A stretch of DNA of 63,305 nucleotides, the filler included. It is 9 parts of 9 records of this genome, joined end to end, with 100 filler letters (N's around TTAATTAATTAA, not from the genome) between each part and the next. Parts side by side here need not be neighbours in the genome. Positions count along the whole stretch, not along the records: positions 46,456 to 53,345 come from SRR7504441_9224; positions 53,446 to 59,519 come from SRR7504441_9235; 7 more parts are not named here. The stretch is one strand, 5' to 3'. Position numbers and translations under genes: made by a program. Each line of letters starts with the position of its first letter. Positions within the stretch are counted from its first letter, which is position 1. This document shows, piece after piece, positions 47,440 through 59,619 of this stretch. The notes beneath the pieces are model-generated. The model was not told where the DNA came from, made no database searches, and worked only from the letters and a program-made list of their open reading frames with translations.

Positions 47440-48369
47440 CTATAACCAGCCTCGGCGTTGATACCGTTGTAATTGCGTGGCGTGGCCGCTCATCCCCCCA
47501 GTGTGCACATAGACAAGCTGACTCCCGTCTCGGCCAGGCCAGAGCTCGTCGTGACGCAGCAGCACATCCCAGGCTGCAGCCCCATAAACCAGATCAACCG
47601 CCAGCCCCGCCCCAGCCAGCTCCTGCCAGGCAGCCAGCACTCGTTTTGACGGATGTCCAAACCCGACCCTGCCCTTGTGCTCGAGCACCTCGAGCCGTTC
47701 CCTCCAACGCCCGGACAGGCCGCATGTCGCCGCCAGCCGCTCCATCTGGGCCTGCAGCTGGCTCGCGCTGCCCACACACGGCACCGCGAGCACTCTGACA
47801 TCCGGACCAGCCGCCTCGGCCGCCAGCAGTGCGGTGGTGCCGGTGCCGCACGGGACGGCAGCCAGCAGCCCACGGCCCGCAGCCAGCTCGGTCAGCTGCT
47901 CCCCGAGCTCCCGACAGCCGGTCTGGGCCAGCGGGCTCGCCCCGCCCTGAGGCAGCCAGAGCGCGGAGGCGGGCACCCCGAGCTCATCCCGCAGGCCCGG
48001 CCCGCCGGACTGCTGCAGCTGCCGGTACTGCTCGGTCGATAGCTGCAGATGCCGGAATCCGTGCCGGGCCGCCGCCGCGAAGTTGCCCTGCTGGCGACAG
48101 TCGACCGGGACCGCGCGGGTGGCGTAGTGCAGCTGCCAGCCCCTGGCCCGGCAGAGCGCACTGAGCGGTGGGAGCATGTTGCTGTTGGCGCCGCCGCAGC
48201 TGAGCACCGCTGACAGCTCGGCCGCCGGCAGCTGAGCAAGCCCGCGGAGCTTGCGCGCCTTGTTGCCCGAGACGTCCGACAGTCCGGGCAGCGCCACTAA
48301 GTCGTCCCGGAGCGCCCAGACCGACCGGTCGCGCACGAACAACCGGCTGACCGGTGGCATCGGCCTCAT
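47440..48369 (-). CDS. PLP-dependent ACC deaminase/D-cysteine desulfhydrase-like enzyme
   Basis: LRDDL...SGNKARKL (PLP lysine), GGANSNM, PQGG, CGTGTT, DLVYG, YVHTGG. Confidence 0.85.
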   Translation of the reverse strand: MRPMPPVSRLFVRDRSVWALRDDLVALPGLSDVSGNKARKLRGLAQLPAAELSAVLSCGGANSNMLPPLSALCRARGWQLHYATRAVPVDCRQQGNFAAAARHGFRHLQLSTEQYRQLQQSGGPGLRDELGVPASALWLPQGGASPLAQTGCRELGEQLTELAAGRGLLAAVPCGTGTTALLAAEAAGPDVRVLAVPCVGSASQLQAQMERLAATCGLSGRWRERLEVLEHKGRVGFGHPSKRVLAAWQELAGAGLAVDLVYGAAAWDVLLRHDELWPGRDGSQLVYVHTGGMSGHATQLQRYQRRGWL

Positions 48370-49195
48370 GCCGCTGGAATGCCTCTGCTCCCGCTTCCTT
48401 TACTGTTCAGCCGCTGACCGCCGTATCGGCGCTGTTGTTGTTGTCGTTGCTCGTCACACGGCCGGACTGAGCAAACCTCTGCACGTGCAGCACTTGGTGC
48501 ACCATGCGGCGAGGCTGCTCGAAGTGGAGGAGCTTGTGCCCTTGTTGCCTGCGCATGTCGGCATACCGCAACTACAGCAGCCGTGGCACTCGGGAGCAGA
48601 TGGCAGCGGCTTGTCAGCCCTTTTGGCTTGAGCTGAGCTCGCACTGCGGGATCAATGACCGGTCGGATGCTTGCCCGTCACTGCCGTGATTCTGGCGAAT
48701 GGCACTAGCACCCTGACCGCTGATCTGCCCCATCTGTCACCAGCCTCCTGCTTCCCATCCGATCTTGTCCATGCTCTCAGCATTGCCAACCAGCAGGCAC
48801 TTCGGCACTTGAGACATGATATAAGCTTAGCAGATCGTCTGCCGCATCAAAGTTCTTGGCCTCTACCCGCAGAGCATCCTTGGTGCTCAGTTCGGATAGG
48901 GTGCAGCTTCAGCGCTGCAGTGGCCCTCGAGCTACTGTAGACTGCAGCAACACCTTGTCCACTATCGTATATCGTCCTCTTAACATAGTCCCAACCTGTC
49001 TCTGTAAAACTGTTGGGGACCATGGTCGGTTTGAAGTAGTAACACTCCTCATATGACAATCCCTCCGGCCAGGCAACAGATGCTTGTGGAATATCATATG
49101 GAGCAGGCAGAGCTGACGGCGCAGGCAAACTTGCAGCACTCCTCTCTGCCTCCAAACGCTGATGCTTCTGCCAGCTGTCTGCACGCAACTCACAC

Positions 49196-50056
49196 ATGGG
49201 GATGGCAGCAGCGGACGCGGAGGCGCTGGAGCAGGAGCTGGCCTGCCTGGAGGCCATGTACCCCGATGGGCGGCTGGAGCTCGGCCAGGCCCGGGCCGCC
49301 CTCCGGCTCCCGCTCTCGGGCCAGATCCAGATATGTGCGGCAGACCAGCCGAGCCTGACGCTGCACTTTAACCTGCCGGCCGAGTACCCGGCCCAGCCGG
49401 CCGAGCTGTGCGTGGGGTGCGGGCAGCTGGCCCGCGAGGCGGTGGACGCGATCAATGAATGGGTGGTCCAGGGCGAGTGGCACGAGCACGAGATGCAGCT
49501 GCTCGGGCTGGCCTCCGAGCTGCCGGCCGTGTTCGACCACCTAGGGCTCGAGCAGCCGGCCGCACCCCTCCCGGAGCCGAGCAGCCCCGCTCCGCAGCCG
49601 GCTGCCCCACTGGTGGAGTTCCGAATGAATGCAGAGGAACTCGAGAGGTGTCGGGGCCACTCGGGGCTGGAGGAGCGGCAGATCGACCGACAGTGGCTCA
49701 CGTTCGTGGCCTTCAGCAGCGCCAAGCTGTCCAAAGCCTTCAAAGCGGCGGCAGACCAGTTGCAGCTTACTGGATATCTGGCCATGGGCCGGCCAGCAAC
49801 AGCGTGCATCGAGGGCGGCCCCAAGGCAACGGCCCTATTTCTCACCGAGGTCAGGACGGATGTGTTCGCAACCGTGGATAAGCAGTCACGCAAAATGAAC
49901 GTGGCGATGATGGAGGAAGCGTGTACCCGGATCAGGTTTGAGGGATTTAGTGTATTCGAGAGTAGCGAGGGGCTGAAGGATTTCCTGCTTGGGCGAGGGA
50001 TTGTGCAGAAGACAATCAATAGCGTGGCGCTCAGCAAATCCGTACACCAATTCTGA
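49196..50056 (+). CDS. RWD-domain protein with a DUF1115-like C-terminus (RWDD2-like)
   Basis: EQELACLEAMYP and LPAEYP (RWD domain); LQLTGYLAMGRPATACIEG in the C-terminal domain. Confidence 0.75.
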   Translation: MGMAAADAEALEQELACLEAMYPDGRLELGQARAALRLPLSGQIQICAADQPSLTLHFNLPAEYPAQPAELCVGCGQLAREAVDAINEWVVQGEWHEHEMQLLGLASELPAVFDHLGLEQPAAPLPEPSSPAPQPAAPLVEFRMNAEELERCRGHSGLEERQIDRQWLTFVAFSSAKLSKAFKAAADQLQLTGYLAMGRPATACIEGGPKATALFLTEVRTDVFATVDKQSRKMNVAMMEEACTRIRFEGFSVFESSEGLKDFLLGRGIVQKTINSVALSKSVHQF

Positions 50057-50497
50057 CGGAGAATGATCACGTGTCTATTAATACGTCCATGATTACTCGT
50101 ACGGGTATACGTACATACTCGTGACAGTCTCTCTAAAAGACTCGAGTCATCTCCTCCAGTGAAATGCTTTATGCATATACGTCTATAGTACTACGGAGTC
50201 TAGAAGATGAGCGGATGAGATCGAAGATCGCGTGCGCGACCTTCGTTGTAGCTTCGTAGGGGCGGCCTTACATGTAAGGTCGCGAGGACAACCATAACCG
50301 ATTCGTTATTTCAATTTGGGCGCATGATTTAGCGGGGGCGAGACTCGGTGGCACGACTAACGCCAGACACGGGAGGAGGCCATACGCTTTGTTTATACTA
50401 TCAGATGTAGACCTTGCCACCTCGTGCCTCAAACAAGCTGCGAGACCTATTTGGATATTATCTGGGTTTGGTCCAAACAATGTCTATCACACAAGTA

Positions 50498-53313
50498 TTA
50501 CACGAGGGCGCATTTTGGTTCAAGATTCAGCTCAAAGAGTTGCGAGTCGTCAAAGGACAGGAACTGTAATGGCAGCCCTGCCTTCATGAGTGTCTTGCCA
50601 GTGACCACCAACTTCTCGGTCCCAAACTGATACCCGAGCACACCCTCCTTGATCTGGCCGCCGTCGTTCATATCACGAATCATGTCGTTTGGCAGGGGCT
50701 CGGTGATGGCGTACTTGGCTTCCGGGACCAGTCCTTGCAGCTTAAGCCGGGGCACAAGCCGCGAGACTTGTGAATTCCGATTAAACGCAAAGACGAACGC
50801 TCGGCTCTTGTCCTGTGTCACGAACATCCAACTTGCATACTGAGCCTCGTACGGTGAGAGGAGCCTGTAGAAATCGGACTGGCGCAGCACCAAAGCAACC
50901 CGCTTGAAAAAGGCGGTGTACTGCTGGATCTGCTCCAACTCACCAGCTGCAAGAGCCATCGGCTGGCCATCATCCTCGGGGTCCTTGCTAGGGCTTAGGT
51001 TGAGCTCATAGCCGTAACTCCCAGCCATCGCGCACAGCGCCCGGGTCCGACTCCTGATCAGGTTGTGGGTTATGTGGTTTGGCACTACAGAGTAGTGTGC
51101 CCCCATGCTGAATGGTGGATAGACTAATGAGGTGCCATACTGAATCTTCATTCGCTTGAACGCGTCAGTGTTGTCACTGCACCAGATCTGTGGAGTATAG
51201 TAGAGCATCCCAGGATCAAACCGGCCACCGCCGCCACTGCACGACTCAAACAAGATGTCTGGGAATGTCTGCGTGAATCGGGCAAACAGCCAGTAAGAAC
51301 CGAGCACAAACCGGAAGAATATCGTCTGCTGAGTCTCTGGTGTCGCGCTAGGTGCGGCCGAATATACGTCCGTTAGGTGTCGGTTCATGTCCCACTTGAT
51401 ATAGGTGATTCCGCGAGGAAGCACGCCCTCTGGCTGGTGTTCCATCCCATCGGTCTCAGGCTGCAGCCTCTCGCCAGTCACTGTTGAGCCATCCACATAC
51501 GCCCCCTCATGGTAATTGGACTCCAAGATGATTCCCGAGATCGTCTGGAATATGTACTCGCGAACCTCCTCGCGCGTGATATCCAGCACCAGCTGATTCC
51601 TCCCCCGAGTGGACGGCCGACCAGGAACATGCAGGCACCAGTCTGGGTGCCGTCTGTAGAGGTCACTGTCCTCGCTCACCATCTCAGGCTCAATCCACAA
51701 TCCGAACTGCATCCCCTCGCGGTTCACATCCTCGGAAAGCAGCTTTATTCCATCTGGGAAGCGCTCCTTGTGTGCATACCAGTCGCCCAAAGAAGTGGAG
51801 TCGTCATTTCGGTTGCCAAACCAGCCATCGTCAAGCACAGCCAGCTCGCAGCCGACGGTCCTGGCGCCCCTAGCCAGATCGACCATCGCTTGATGGTTGA
51901 CGCCGAAATACCTGCAAACAGAGTTAGATTGGGATGTTCTAAGAGGGTACATGGCCTCCCACGAGTTGACCAGCACCGGCTGCCTTTTGAGCCGGAAGCT
52001 GGACGGGATCAGCCGGTCCCTGAACAGCCGGTGGTACTGAATGCTCATCTCATTCATCCCTGCCCAGCAGCAGCTCGAGCCAGCCGCCAGCCGGCTGCGC
52101 ACCGTGAGGGCTGTAGACCATCACGCATTCAGGCGTGTAGAACTGATCGCCAATCGCCAGCGGGTGATTAAATCCCATCGGGTGCACCTGGCCTTCCAAT
52201 GACTGAACACGTCGGACCGTGGGCCACCCCCAGGTTGAAGCGACACCGGCCTCGCTCCTGCAGCTCAGCCTCGGCCAAGAAGTTGCCGCTCCACACCAAC
52301 GAGAACCCATACACCGAGCCACGATCTTCTGCTGGCTGACCCTGTGAGATGACTACGAATGGGTTGTGCTGGTGCGACGAAGTGCCCCGAATCGAGCCGA
52401 TCGTCGTGATTCCGAACCCGATGTTGTCGCTCTCCAGCTGCCGCTCGCGCGCCCAGCTGCCGCTTAGGTGGGTCATCGTGTAGCTTGTCTTGGTGCCGAA
52501 ATCGTGAGTGGCTGACATGGCACGCAGCAGTGAGCAGCAGCCTGTGCTGAGCTCCTGCTGCTTCTGTGCGCGCGTGGCTGCCTGCTCGGCCGACTGCTCA
52601 GGACAATCCTCGAATAGACTGGGGGTCTGGCCCTCGAACGGCTGTCCGATTTGGTTGCTGAAGACCGCACGCCGCACGATTGCGTTACTCTCTTTGAACA
52701 CTGTGAAGTAAAGCTCGATCTGGAAGCCGGTGTAGCTGTCCCACATGCGCACCACGAGCGTCTCCACCTTGGCATCGTCCTCCCCACCGTAAGCCCGTAC
52801 CTGTGGCATCGGCTCGGGCAGCCTCGGTTTGCCCCGCAGGATCTGGTGGCTGTGGTACTTGACTGGCGCCAAAGTGCTGCCGTCCGGGTACCGGAGCAGG
52901 TAACTCGGGTGCCGAAAGTCGCCGCTGCCAAAGTCGGACCACTCGAGGCGCATCCCGTTTTTTCCCACCCCAGACTGGAATACAGCCGTGCTGTGGTCCT
53001 CGCCTCCGCTCACCGCTGACCCGAAATCGATCGACTCGCGTGCCGGCAGGTCGGCCTGCGAGAAACGCCTGGAATCGCTGCGCTCGCGCTGCCACCGGCT
53101 GGAGGGTGGCTGGACCGCAGTCGGTATCTCGGTGTCAAAATACTGAGCCACATCAGCGAGCAAAAGATATTTCAGGTCGTCGTCCGGGTCCAGCGGCTCG
53201 CCGTAATACAAATGCTGGAGGTTGCCGGCTGAGTCAACGCAGAACTGGAGCTCCGACGTGTGGGCCCGCACGTGGAACACTCGGCTGGCCGCGTCGAAAT
53301 GAATGCCCGACAT
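50498..53313 (-). CDS. Alpha-galactosidase, glycoside hydrolase family 36
   Basis: SSHQHNPF, NSWEA, LDDGWFG, FGLWIEPEMV, nucleophile YIKWDMNR, CSGGGGRFD, acid/base WCSDNTD. Introns 52188-52227, 52060-52102 and 51912-51950. Confidence 0.94.
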
Positions 53314-53345
53314 GGCACACAGGCACGCCTCGATGCGCTCGGACA

Positions 53346-53445
53346 NNNNNNNNNNNNNNNNNNNNNNNNNNNNNNNNNNNNNNNNNNNNTTAATTAATTA
53401 ANNNNNNNNNNNNNNNNNNNNNNNNNNNNNNNNNNNNNNNNNNNN
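53346..53445. other. Artificial contig spacer
   Basis: N + TTAATTAATTAA + N, 100 bp. Confidence 0.97.
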
Positions 53446-56400
53446 CAGGGCAACACGCTCTACTCGACATGGGCGGACAATACGATGCGTGCGTGGAATG
53501 TCGAGACAGGAGATTGCACCAGGACCATCCCAGCCGTCGGCCAGCTGCTCGCCTGCGCCGAGGGCTGCGTGTTCGTGGGCAACACTCCCAGAGCCGACGG
53601 GGTCAAGGTGTGGACGGCTCGAGGCGGCCCGTACGCCGTGCTCCGTGGGCACTCTGGGCTTGTAACAGCTGCATACGCCACGCCGGACGTGCTGTACTCG
53701 GCCGGGGAAGACGGGGTCGCAAATGCGTACATCATCCCGCCTGTGCCGGTCCAAGGATACTTTGAGAAGAAGGGAGGCGGCACTTCGCTGTTTGGGCGCC
53801 GCTCCTGGAATAAGCGTTTCTTTACTATGCGCGAAGGCAGACTGAGCTACTACAAGGCACCGCCAGCCGGGGATATGGCGCTGAGCGGCGCGGCAGGAGG
53901 AGCCGGCCAAGACCGGCCCGAGGGAGGAGGCTATGGGCGTTATCTCTTTGCATGACGTGATTGAGGTTAAGACGGATCGGGAGCTAAAAAGAGATCTCTG
54001 CCTCACACTGGTGCGCTAACAGCATGCTTGTCATTCTGGCGTTGTGGCTTGGCTGAGCCGGGGGCAGGTGACGCCTGACCGAGCGTTCATGATGCGTTGG
54101 GGCAATCGTATTGAGTACCAGCAGTGGGCCGACTTCATCGAAAGGCACCTACGATACTGCCGGCTGTGCAAGCGCGGCGCTGTCGGCGACCCAGCCAAGG
54201 AGGCTCAGCGGCGCGAGGTCGAGTACAAGCAGGAAGTGCAGGAGGTCTTTGACGGGCTGGATATCGACGGCGACGGCCAGCTGACACAGGACGAGATCGA
54301 GGCCGCGGTCTCTTCACTCGACATTGACCACAAGGCAGGCGCGGCGGCTGCCATGACGGAGGAAGTGATGGCGCGACTCGACGCGGATGGGGACGGCGTG
54401 GTGACTCGTGAGGAGTTCCAGGCTGCCGCCGATCAGGAGAGAGAAAAGCAGAATGCCAAGCTGCGTGCTGAGGAGCAGCACAGGAAGATGGTGGAGGACG
54501 CTGAGCTAGCGCGCCAGGCGGCGCAGGAGAAGCAGAAGTTCAAGCAAGTCTCGGCCCTGGACGCTGACGGTGACGGCGTGATCACCAAGGAGGAGATGCG
54601 GATGGCTGCCGAAAGGCGCAAGAATCCGACCAGGCAGGACGGGGATGTCGTCTGGCAAGGGCCTGACCTCAGTGGCGGGTCGGCTGCCACGGCCGTTGGT
54701 TTGACCAAGGCCAATTCCGAGCTCGAAAAGTACGAGCTGGCCAAGAGGGTGCGTGCGCCGTGCCCGGGCCGGTCTGAGTGTGTCGGTGGCAGTCTCGAGC
54801 AGTGCATGATTGGCACCTGGCGGCAACTGTCGAGTCGCCCAGGAGCAGCAACTCGCCTGTGCTGGGTGGATCGCTCGAGGAGGAGGTGGTGCAGCTGCGG
54901 CGTGAGTCGACCTCCAGGCTCAAGCTGGCAGAGTCGCTCCGCACAGACATGAGCGAACTCCGTGAGCAGCACCGGCGAGAGATCGAGCGGCTGCAGAGCC
55001 AGGGCGGGGTGCAGGCGGCCGGTGGCGACCCGATTGTCAACCAGCTCAGGCTGGAGTTGCTTCAGGAGCGGGCTGAGCGGGCGCGCGAGCAGGAGAATGT
55101 GCGACACGCACACCATGAGAAGGAGGCGATGGCTACCGCACATCGTAAGGAGATGATGATCACGAATGCCGAGCTCGAGGAGCTGAAGCTCCAGCTCGAT
55201 ACCTCGCGCGCCAACGGCAAGAACAGCTCGGAGATGCTCAACCATGCTCGGCTCCGTCTGGAGGAGGTCGAGCTCAAGAGTCGGGAGACGGACGAGCTGT
55301 CGCCCAAGCTGATGCAGACCATGACCAAGCTGACCAGCGCCACCAAGCGGGCGGATGCGCTCCAACTCCAACTGGACGAGTTGTCTGGGGCACACCGGAC
55401 AGAGGTCAACGCTCTCAAGCACGAGCTGGCAGCAATGGCGCATCAGCTCGAGGACGCTGTATCTGGACCGCACTCGCCACCCAGGCTCAAGGAGACTTAC
55501 GAGAGCAAGATTGCGACTTACGAGCAGCGAATTGTGGAGATGAAGCACAGCTACGAGCTCCGGATCTCGACTGCAGAGCGAGTGTCAGATGAGTCCAAGG
55601 ACACGGTGCTTTCGCTCGAGGCTGAGCTTGGCCGAGTGCAGAGCGAGCTCAAATGGTATTTAAGCGTGTGACTGCAGAGCCACTAAGTAGCTGCGTTGCA
55701 GGCTGCGCGACTCGACATCTGATAAGATGGGACTTTACGAAGCTGAGCGGAAGAAGGCTCTGGATGAGCGCGAGGACGCAATTCTTGCAAGGGATGACAA
55801 CGAGCGGCAAGTGGCCCAGCTGTACCACAAGCTGGAGGACGCTCTGAGCCAGGTCCCTCACTACGAGCCTACCGAGCCTGACATGAGCATTTGGCTTGCA
55901 GGTCCAGATGGCTGAGGCTCAGTTCAAGGATGCCAGCCACACGCTGATGATTGAGCGTGAGAAGTACCAAGCTCTGGAAGCCGATTACAATAAAGCTCAG
56001 ATCCAATTGTCGCAGATGGAATCGGCAAGACCAGATCACCGGGCAGCTGAAGAGGCAGCGGCCAGGATTTACAACCAGGCAATGGAGACAATGAATGCTG
56101 AGAGGGAGAGCCACCAGATCGAGGTGCAAGAAATGAAGCAGATGCTCAATGAGTGCCGTATCTCAGAGCAAAGGCAAGTTGAGCACACTGCTCGCCAGGC
56201 TCGCGAGTTCTCACAGACCAAGGCACAGCTGCAGCAGCAGCTCGCTGATGCCACGATGGAGCTGCAGAGCATCAAGTCGCACAACTTGATTATGGAGAAG
56301 CAGATTGTGCTGTCAGAAAGGCACCAATCTACAGGGTTCAGCTCGATGGAGACTGAGCTGGAGAACACCCGGATGTCAATGCACGGGCTCGAAAAACTGC

Positions 56401-57421
56401 TGGCCGAAGCCGGGAAGGAGCGGACCATTCTTGACGCCAAGGTGTGCATGCAGCTAGTAGGGTAGTGAGCCTTGTGCAGATTGAGCAGCTGGAAGATGAG
56501 CTCGACAGGCAGCGAGGCGCCAGCAAGTATTCGCAGCAGGACACCTCTGTGCTGCAGGACCGGTGTGCTCATCTGCAAGAGATGCTTAACGAGCTGCGCC
56601 TAGAGCGGGATAGCCAGACCAGCATGGTCGAAAGTGCGTACTTAGTGGCTTCTTGCCGGTTTGAAGTGAGAGTTTTGGCGGTGGCAGGCCAACTCACTGA
56701 GCTGAGGATCAGGAAGACAGAGGCAGAGAGCCTCAAGAGTGAGATGGGACACCTGCAGGCATCTTACCGCGAAGTGGTCCAGTCTGAGTCGGAGTTGCGC
56801 GAAATGGTACCTGTGCACTTTGGCAGCAGTGTGAGTGTGCACTAGGTGACAAAGATGGAACGAGGCGATTCGTCAGGCAAGCACCAGCTGCTGCAGGCGG
56901 AGCATTCAATGGGGCTGATGAGGGATGAGCTAGAACACTTGCGTGTGATGGCCAAGAAGGCTGGCGAAGAGCTGACTGCGGCCTCACAACGCCACTCCAA
57001 CGACATGGACATGGCAATGAACGAGCTGACTGCCGCCCGGACGAGGCAGACCGACCTGGCACACCAGCTGCGCACTGCTGAGAGCGAGATCATGCAGCTG
57101 AGAGATGCTCTCCATCGAACCGAACTGAGTGAGCGCCGAGAGAGACGCAGATCGCGTGACCTGTCAGCGGAGCTCTCTGCTTCGAGCCCACCGCTCAACG
57201 TAACACCCATTAGTGCACCACCAGCCCGTGTTCAGAGGTCAGGTGGATCCGAAATCGATGAGTTCAGGACTAAGGTGAGCAGTTTGATCAAGTCAGAGGC
57301 AGCAGCCAAGAGGGCGGTTGGAGTGAATCCAAGTAGAAAGGCGGCGAGCCTTCTGGACTTATCCGATCACGAGAGATTACTAAGGGAAGCGTCAACCTTT
57401 CACAATGATATGGGTAACTGA
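53446..57421 (+). CDS. WD40 + PH + EF-hand + long coiled-coil protein; spliced, 5' truncated
   Basis: WD40 repeats (MRAWNVETG, LRGHSGLV), PH domain (QGYFEKKG...SWNKRFF...LSYYK|...GVISL), EF hands (DIDGDGQLTQDE, DADGDGVVTREE, DADGDGVITKEE). About eight short introns join the ORFs. Confidence 0.8.
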
Positions 57422-57669
57422 ACCAAGTACATACTTTCGCGATCAGAAAATCTCTCTCCCCTCTAGATCTCTCCCTTTGCGCGCATCCCATTGAGCATTA
57501 CGGTTCTGAACGCCTGATTACAGTGTAATTGGATAGTAATTGGAAAAGTTGGGGAAAGTGTCTAGAAAGTGTCGACCAAATGAATGCAATCCTAAGATCT
57601 ACTTGTAAACAAACTAGTTTCTACTTGTAGATGCCGATTAATGCCGATAAGATGGCGATATGTTTTAGC

Positions 57670-59519
57670 TCAAATTTGCAGCAGCGATCGACTCATCTCG
57701 ACCACTTCTGCTGTGCTTGGGAGAGGAAGCACCGTGCTGCCAGCATCTTGCCCGGCAGCTTGCCAAGCAGCAAAGTCAGCACACGGACCAGGCGCGGTAA
57801 AGTTGGCTCCGGGCCCAAAGAGAGTATTATTGTAGGTTTGGTACACATGGTTGCTGATGCCTCCAGGGCTACATTGGTTCCATCCTTGCATGGAATAGAA
57901 GTTCCCATCAATGGAGATGCAGTGGTTGCTGTCGTGATACTGGTTAGCAAAAACAGAATTGTCGTCAGTCTGGCAAGGCTTGGTGGATGTCGACCGGCCG
58001 TAGCCCGGGTAGATGATCAAGTTGTGATCGCACGACTTGGAGTGGCCAAGATAATTCTTACAGCCACCCCAAAGCATCACGTTGGATGAGTCATTAAAGA
58101 ACTGGCTTCCGTCGTCGTGGTCAACTGCCCACACCTGCCGCCGGGCTCGCGCTGCCGAGCAGCACAGCTCACCCCATTGTAGCCGTTTATAAAGAAGTTG
58201 CCGGTGATAAAGTCGTTGTCTTTGATAACAGACCCCGTCGAGCCGTACTTTTGGCCCGGTGAGTACCCATCAGCAACTGGGCTGGTCGTGAGGTAGGGCT
58301 GACGGTCCCAACTGTTATATGGACCTGCGCTCTGCTTGGTTGCGTTGCAAGCGCTGGCCGGGCACCGTGGTCTCCCGTCTCGCGCACTTGGTTGAAGACC
58401 AGATTGCCGGTCATTAAGTTGCTGCCGCCAAACCCATCTGTCACACACAAGCATGTCGGACAGTGTGGCAAGGCCAGGGGCAACCGTTGATGTTGATGCC
58501 AGCGCGAGGACCGTTATAGCAGACCGAGTCGCGCATTGTCACGTTCGCGGCCAGTGCTGTGAAGACGCACGAGGTCTGCTTGCCATACGTGCCTACCTCC
58601 CTGATATGGTTGTTTGCGAGCAGGATGTGATTGGGATAGGTGGCTGTGGTGCCAAAGATACGATCAGTCGAACCGAGCAGTGCGATCGCCGAGTCGCCAA
58701 TGTGAACAAACTCGCTCTGGGTCACCGCCGAGTGAGTCACATTGTTACTGAACATCAGCGCATTCCCTCCAGTCTGGTTGAATGTGCACTCGCTTACGTT
58801 GATGTGTGACGAGTCCTGCACAAACAGTGTCGCTCCCCGATGGATGGACCAGCTGTCCCCACTGTCAGGCTCCTAGAGATGGGGTACTCACTCGCCGCCG
58901 GACGGGACCTCGTATTGGCTCAGAAAGGTAGCCCGTGTCTCCGTGAACTCGAATCCAATCAGCGAGACGTTGCTCGCGCCATCGATTCTGATGATTGAAT
59001 CCAACAGAGGCGCCACGACCTCTTCAGGAGGCTGACCGTCGGTGCTGTTCGGCCAAAGGTACAGCTGTCCTTGCTTGGAGTCATAGTACCACTCCCCGGG
59101 CGCGTCAAGCAACGACAAGTCATTCTCCACGTAATACTGCCCCGCCAGTCAGTCAAGCCCCCAGAGTGATTCACATGATTGTCCGAGATCGAGCTGCCTC
59201 TCGCCTCCTGATATCCTCCATAACCAAACAGCAGCGCCGACTCGTCCTGCGCCGCCACTTGGTACTGCCAGCCGCCCCACAACCCGCCGTGGAACATGTG
59301 CACCACTGCCCCAGCCGGCTGCGCAAGCCTCGGGAGCTCGTCTGTCTTATTGTATTGCACTCCAGCAGGCCGATCGAAAGGCGAGCCCCAGAACGAGAAC
59401 AGGGAGTTGTTGCTCCACCCAAGCCCCGGCAGCGGCTTATTATATACCGGATGGCCGGCAGGCGGCTCGTACACAGTATACTTGAAGGTGCCGTACGTGG
59501 AGCACTGTGGGCATCCTCC
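57670..59519 (-). CDS. Right-handed beta-helix protein (putative carbohydrate-active); spliced, 5' truncated
   Basis: YYVENDLSLLDAPGEWYYD, GGDWSIHRG, NGPRAGININDGFGG, RETGDHGPYNSWDRQP, DHDDGS. Five GT-AG introns. Confidence 0.75.
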
Positions 59520-59619
59520 NNNNNNNNNNNNNNNNNNNNNNNNNNNNNNNNNNNNNNNNNNNNTTAATTAATTAANNNNNNNNNNNNNNNNNNNNNNNNN
59601 NNNNNNNNNNNNNNNNNNN
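59520..59619. other. Artificial contig spacer
   Basis: N + TTAATTAATTAA + N, 100 bp. Confidence 0.97.
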
